Source of the DNA: Haplodiscus bocki
Lineage: Eukaryota
Reading direction: 5' to 3'
Assembly (NCBI GenBank): GCA_965655095.1
Contig: OZ296656.1
Location: forward strand, 39,866,001 to 39,930,000
Length of the DNA stretch: 64,000 nt
In this document: in pieces, positions 63,101-64,000 of the stretch
Numbering within the stretch: position 1 is the first letter of the stretch
Layout: each line of letters starts with the position of its first letter
Position numbers and translations under genes: made by a program
The notes under the pieces: generated by a model
What the model was told of the DNA's origin: nothing
What the model saw: the letters and a program-made list of their open reading frames with translations, nothing else
Databases searched by the model: none

Positions 63101-64000
63101 TCTCCGCTGCGAATAAGTGCGCGGAGAAACAGCCCCGCGAAAGAGAGCACGAAAAAAGCCCCCACAGAAAAACCAATGGATATCGTTCATGCGAAAGGGT
63201 TCACGGAATTTGTCTCCAGGAAAGAGCCCATTGTAAAAACCCTGCCAAAGACCACGCAGTCGAAGCCCTGCAAAAGATGTTACGCAAAATGCCTCTGCAG
63301 AAAACACCCAGGAAAAAACCCCTGCGGGAGAGCTCATGGACGTCTTTGCTACAAAAGAGTGCAAAATAAAAAGCTCCAGGACAGAGCGTACCAAAAGCCC
63401 CAACGAAAGTGCCCAAGGAAATCTCCCTCGCGGAAAATTCCACGGAGAAGGCCCCGGAAGAAAAGTGCACAAAAAACTCTGCGACAAAGCAAACTGAAAA
63501 CCGCCATGCGAAAGAGTCCATGGTAACCGTCCATGCGAAAGTGTTCACGGAAGATATCCCCGAGAAAGAGGCTACTTAAAATCCCTTCGAAAGTGAATGC
63601 AGAAGAAACCCTGCGAAAGAAGGCATGAAAATTGACTACGCAAAGGAGTGCACGGAAGATGTCCCTTGGAAAGAAACCACAGGAACAGCCGCGGAAAAAG
63701 CATTGCGAAAAAGGCCAAGCAAAACAACCCCGCAAAAGCGCTCGCAGAAACAACCACTGCGAAAAAAGCGCCGCGAAACAATCCATGGAAATCGTCCATA
63801 AGGAGGAGTTCACGGAAACAGTCTCCAAGAAAGAGCCCGTGGTAAAAGCCATGCCAAAGACCATGCATAGGAAACCCTGCGAAAAATGTAACGCAAAAAA
63901 CCTCTGCAAAAAAGAGCAAGGGAAAAACCCCTGCGAAAGAGCTCATGGAACTCTCTGCTGAAAAAGAGTGCAAGATAAAAGGGTCCCACGAAAGAGCGTA
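51146..64000 (+). repeat. Right HOR domain: alternating 2544- and 2330-bp units giving a 4874-bp super-repeat (2 copies), then a further short unit and a diverged partial unit
   Basis: MVFGRVFT ORFs at 51472, 54016, 56346, 58890 and 61221 (offsets 2544, 2330, 2544, 2331). Offset 4874 at 52600/57474, 53478/58352, 54735/59609 and 55808/60682. Confidence 0.93.
53597..53660 (+). repeat. Exact tandem duplication of one 26-bp monomer (GCCCCGCGAAAGAGAGCACGCAAAAA)
   Basis: Copies start at 53597 and 53623, with a partial third at 53649. Also present near 55927, 58471 and 60801; single-copy in the relative at ~50279. Confidence 0.9.

Larger units (their letters stand above)
1..64000 (+). repeat. Satellite DNA array of a degenerate ~27-bp monomer (consensus ~CCTGCGAAAGAGCGCACGGAAAAAGCC) with multiple higher-order repeats; runs off both window ends
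   Basis: The motif (C)TGC[G/A]AAA[G/A]AG[C/T]GCACGGAAA recurs every 26-28 bp in the same orientation throughout, e.g. ctgcgaaagagcgcacggaaa at 19815-19835. I found no non-satellite interval. ORF peptides in all six frames are repeats of the six translations of the consensus. Confidence 0.96.

Noticed and set aside
63-63973. Hundreds of ORFs of 60-375 aa on both strands (e.g. 4268-5395, 10611-11702, 37492-38571, 46124-47245, 60682-61728)
   Set aside because: They overlap in all six frames and are translations of a stop-free 27-bp repeat. They are broken by different homopolymer frameshifts in paralogous copies and contain no recognisable domain.
1-64000. CRISPR array (27-bp partly palindromic repeats)
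   Set aside because: Monomers are contiguous and degenerate with no unique spacers, no leader and no cas genes.
1-64000. Integron-like or other recombinase-driven cassette array
   Set aside because: The cassettes are themselves made of the same satellite monomer and contain no genes. No recombinase is encoded and the hub lacks attC-type GTTRRRY/RYYYAAC ends. Homology-driven exchange is sufficient.
1-64000. Telomeric repeats, rDNA/tRNA arrays, CENP-B box or assignment to a named satellite or organism
   Set aside because: No TTAGGG/TTTAGGG tracts, rRNA or tRNA motifs, or CENP-B box were recognised by eye. I cannot match the monomer to a named family without a database search.

Overview
The whole 64-kb window is one uninterrupted, single-orientation satellite DNA array. 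I see no credible gene, RNA gene, transposon or CRISPR array. It is built in layers. (1) A degenerate 26-28 bp monomer (eyeballed consensus CCTGCGAAAGAGCGCACGGAAAAAGCC; A-rich, T-poor, CpG-rich). The monomer may itself be a dimer of two 13-14 bp halves and carries a TGCG-N6-CGCA dyad. (2) Old, diverged 0.5-0.75 kb modules that each begin at a recurrent 'hub' motif GGGGATGAGCCCATGGATATCTCC(G/A)CTGCGAAAGA. (3) Young, near-identical higher-order repeats (HORs) made by recombining those modules: about 1791, 1335/1336, 1122, 1963, 1417, 1291 (2583 dimer), 1271 and 2544+2330=4874 bp. There are three domains: left (about 1-18,986), middle (about 17,927-45,819) and right (about 51,146-64,000), with an interdigitated zone at about 46-51 kb. 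The dense ORF track is an artefact, because the 27-bp consensus has no stop codon in any of the six frames. The most interesting signal is the modular grammar: most HOR switches and length variants map to crossovers between paralogous monomers or hubs. A eukaryotic heterochromatic (centromeric, pericentromeric or subtelomeric) origin is an inference, and the organism cannot be identified from this window. All periods were measured by hand from recurring motifs and ORF-track offsets; no alignment was run.
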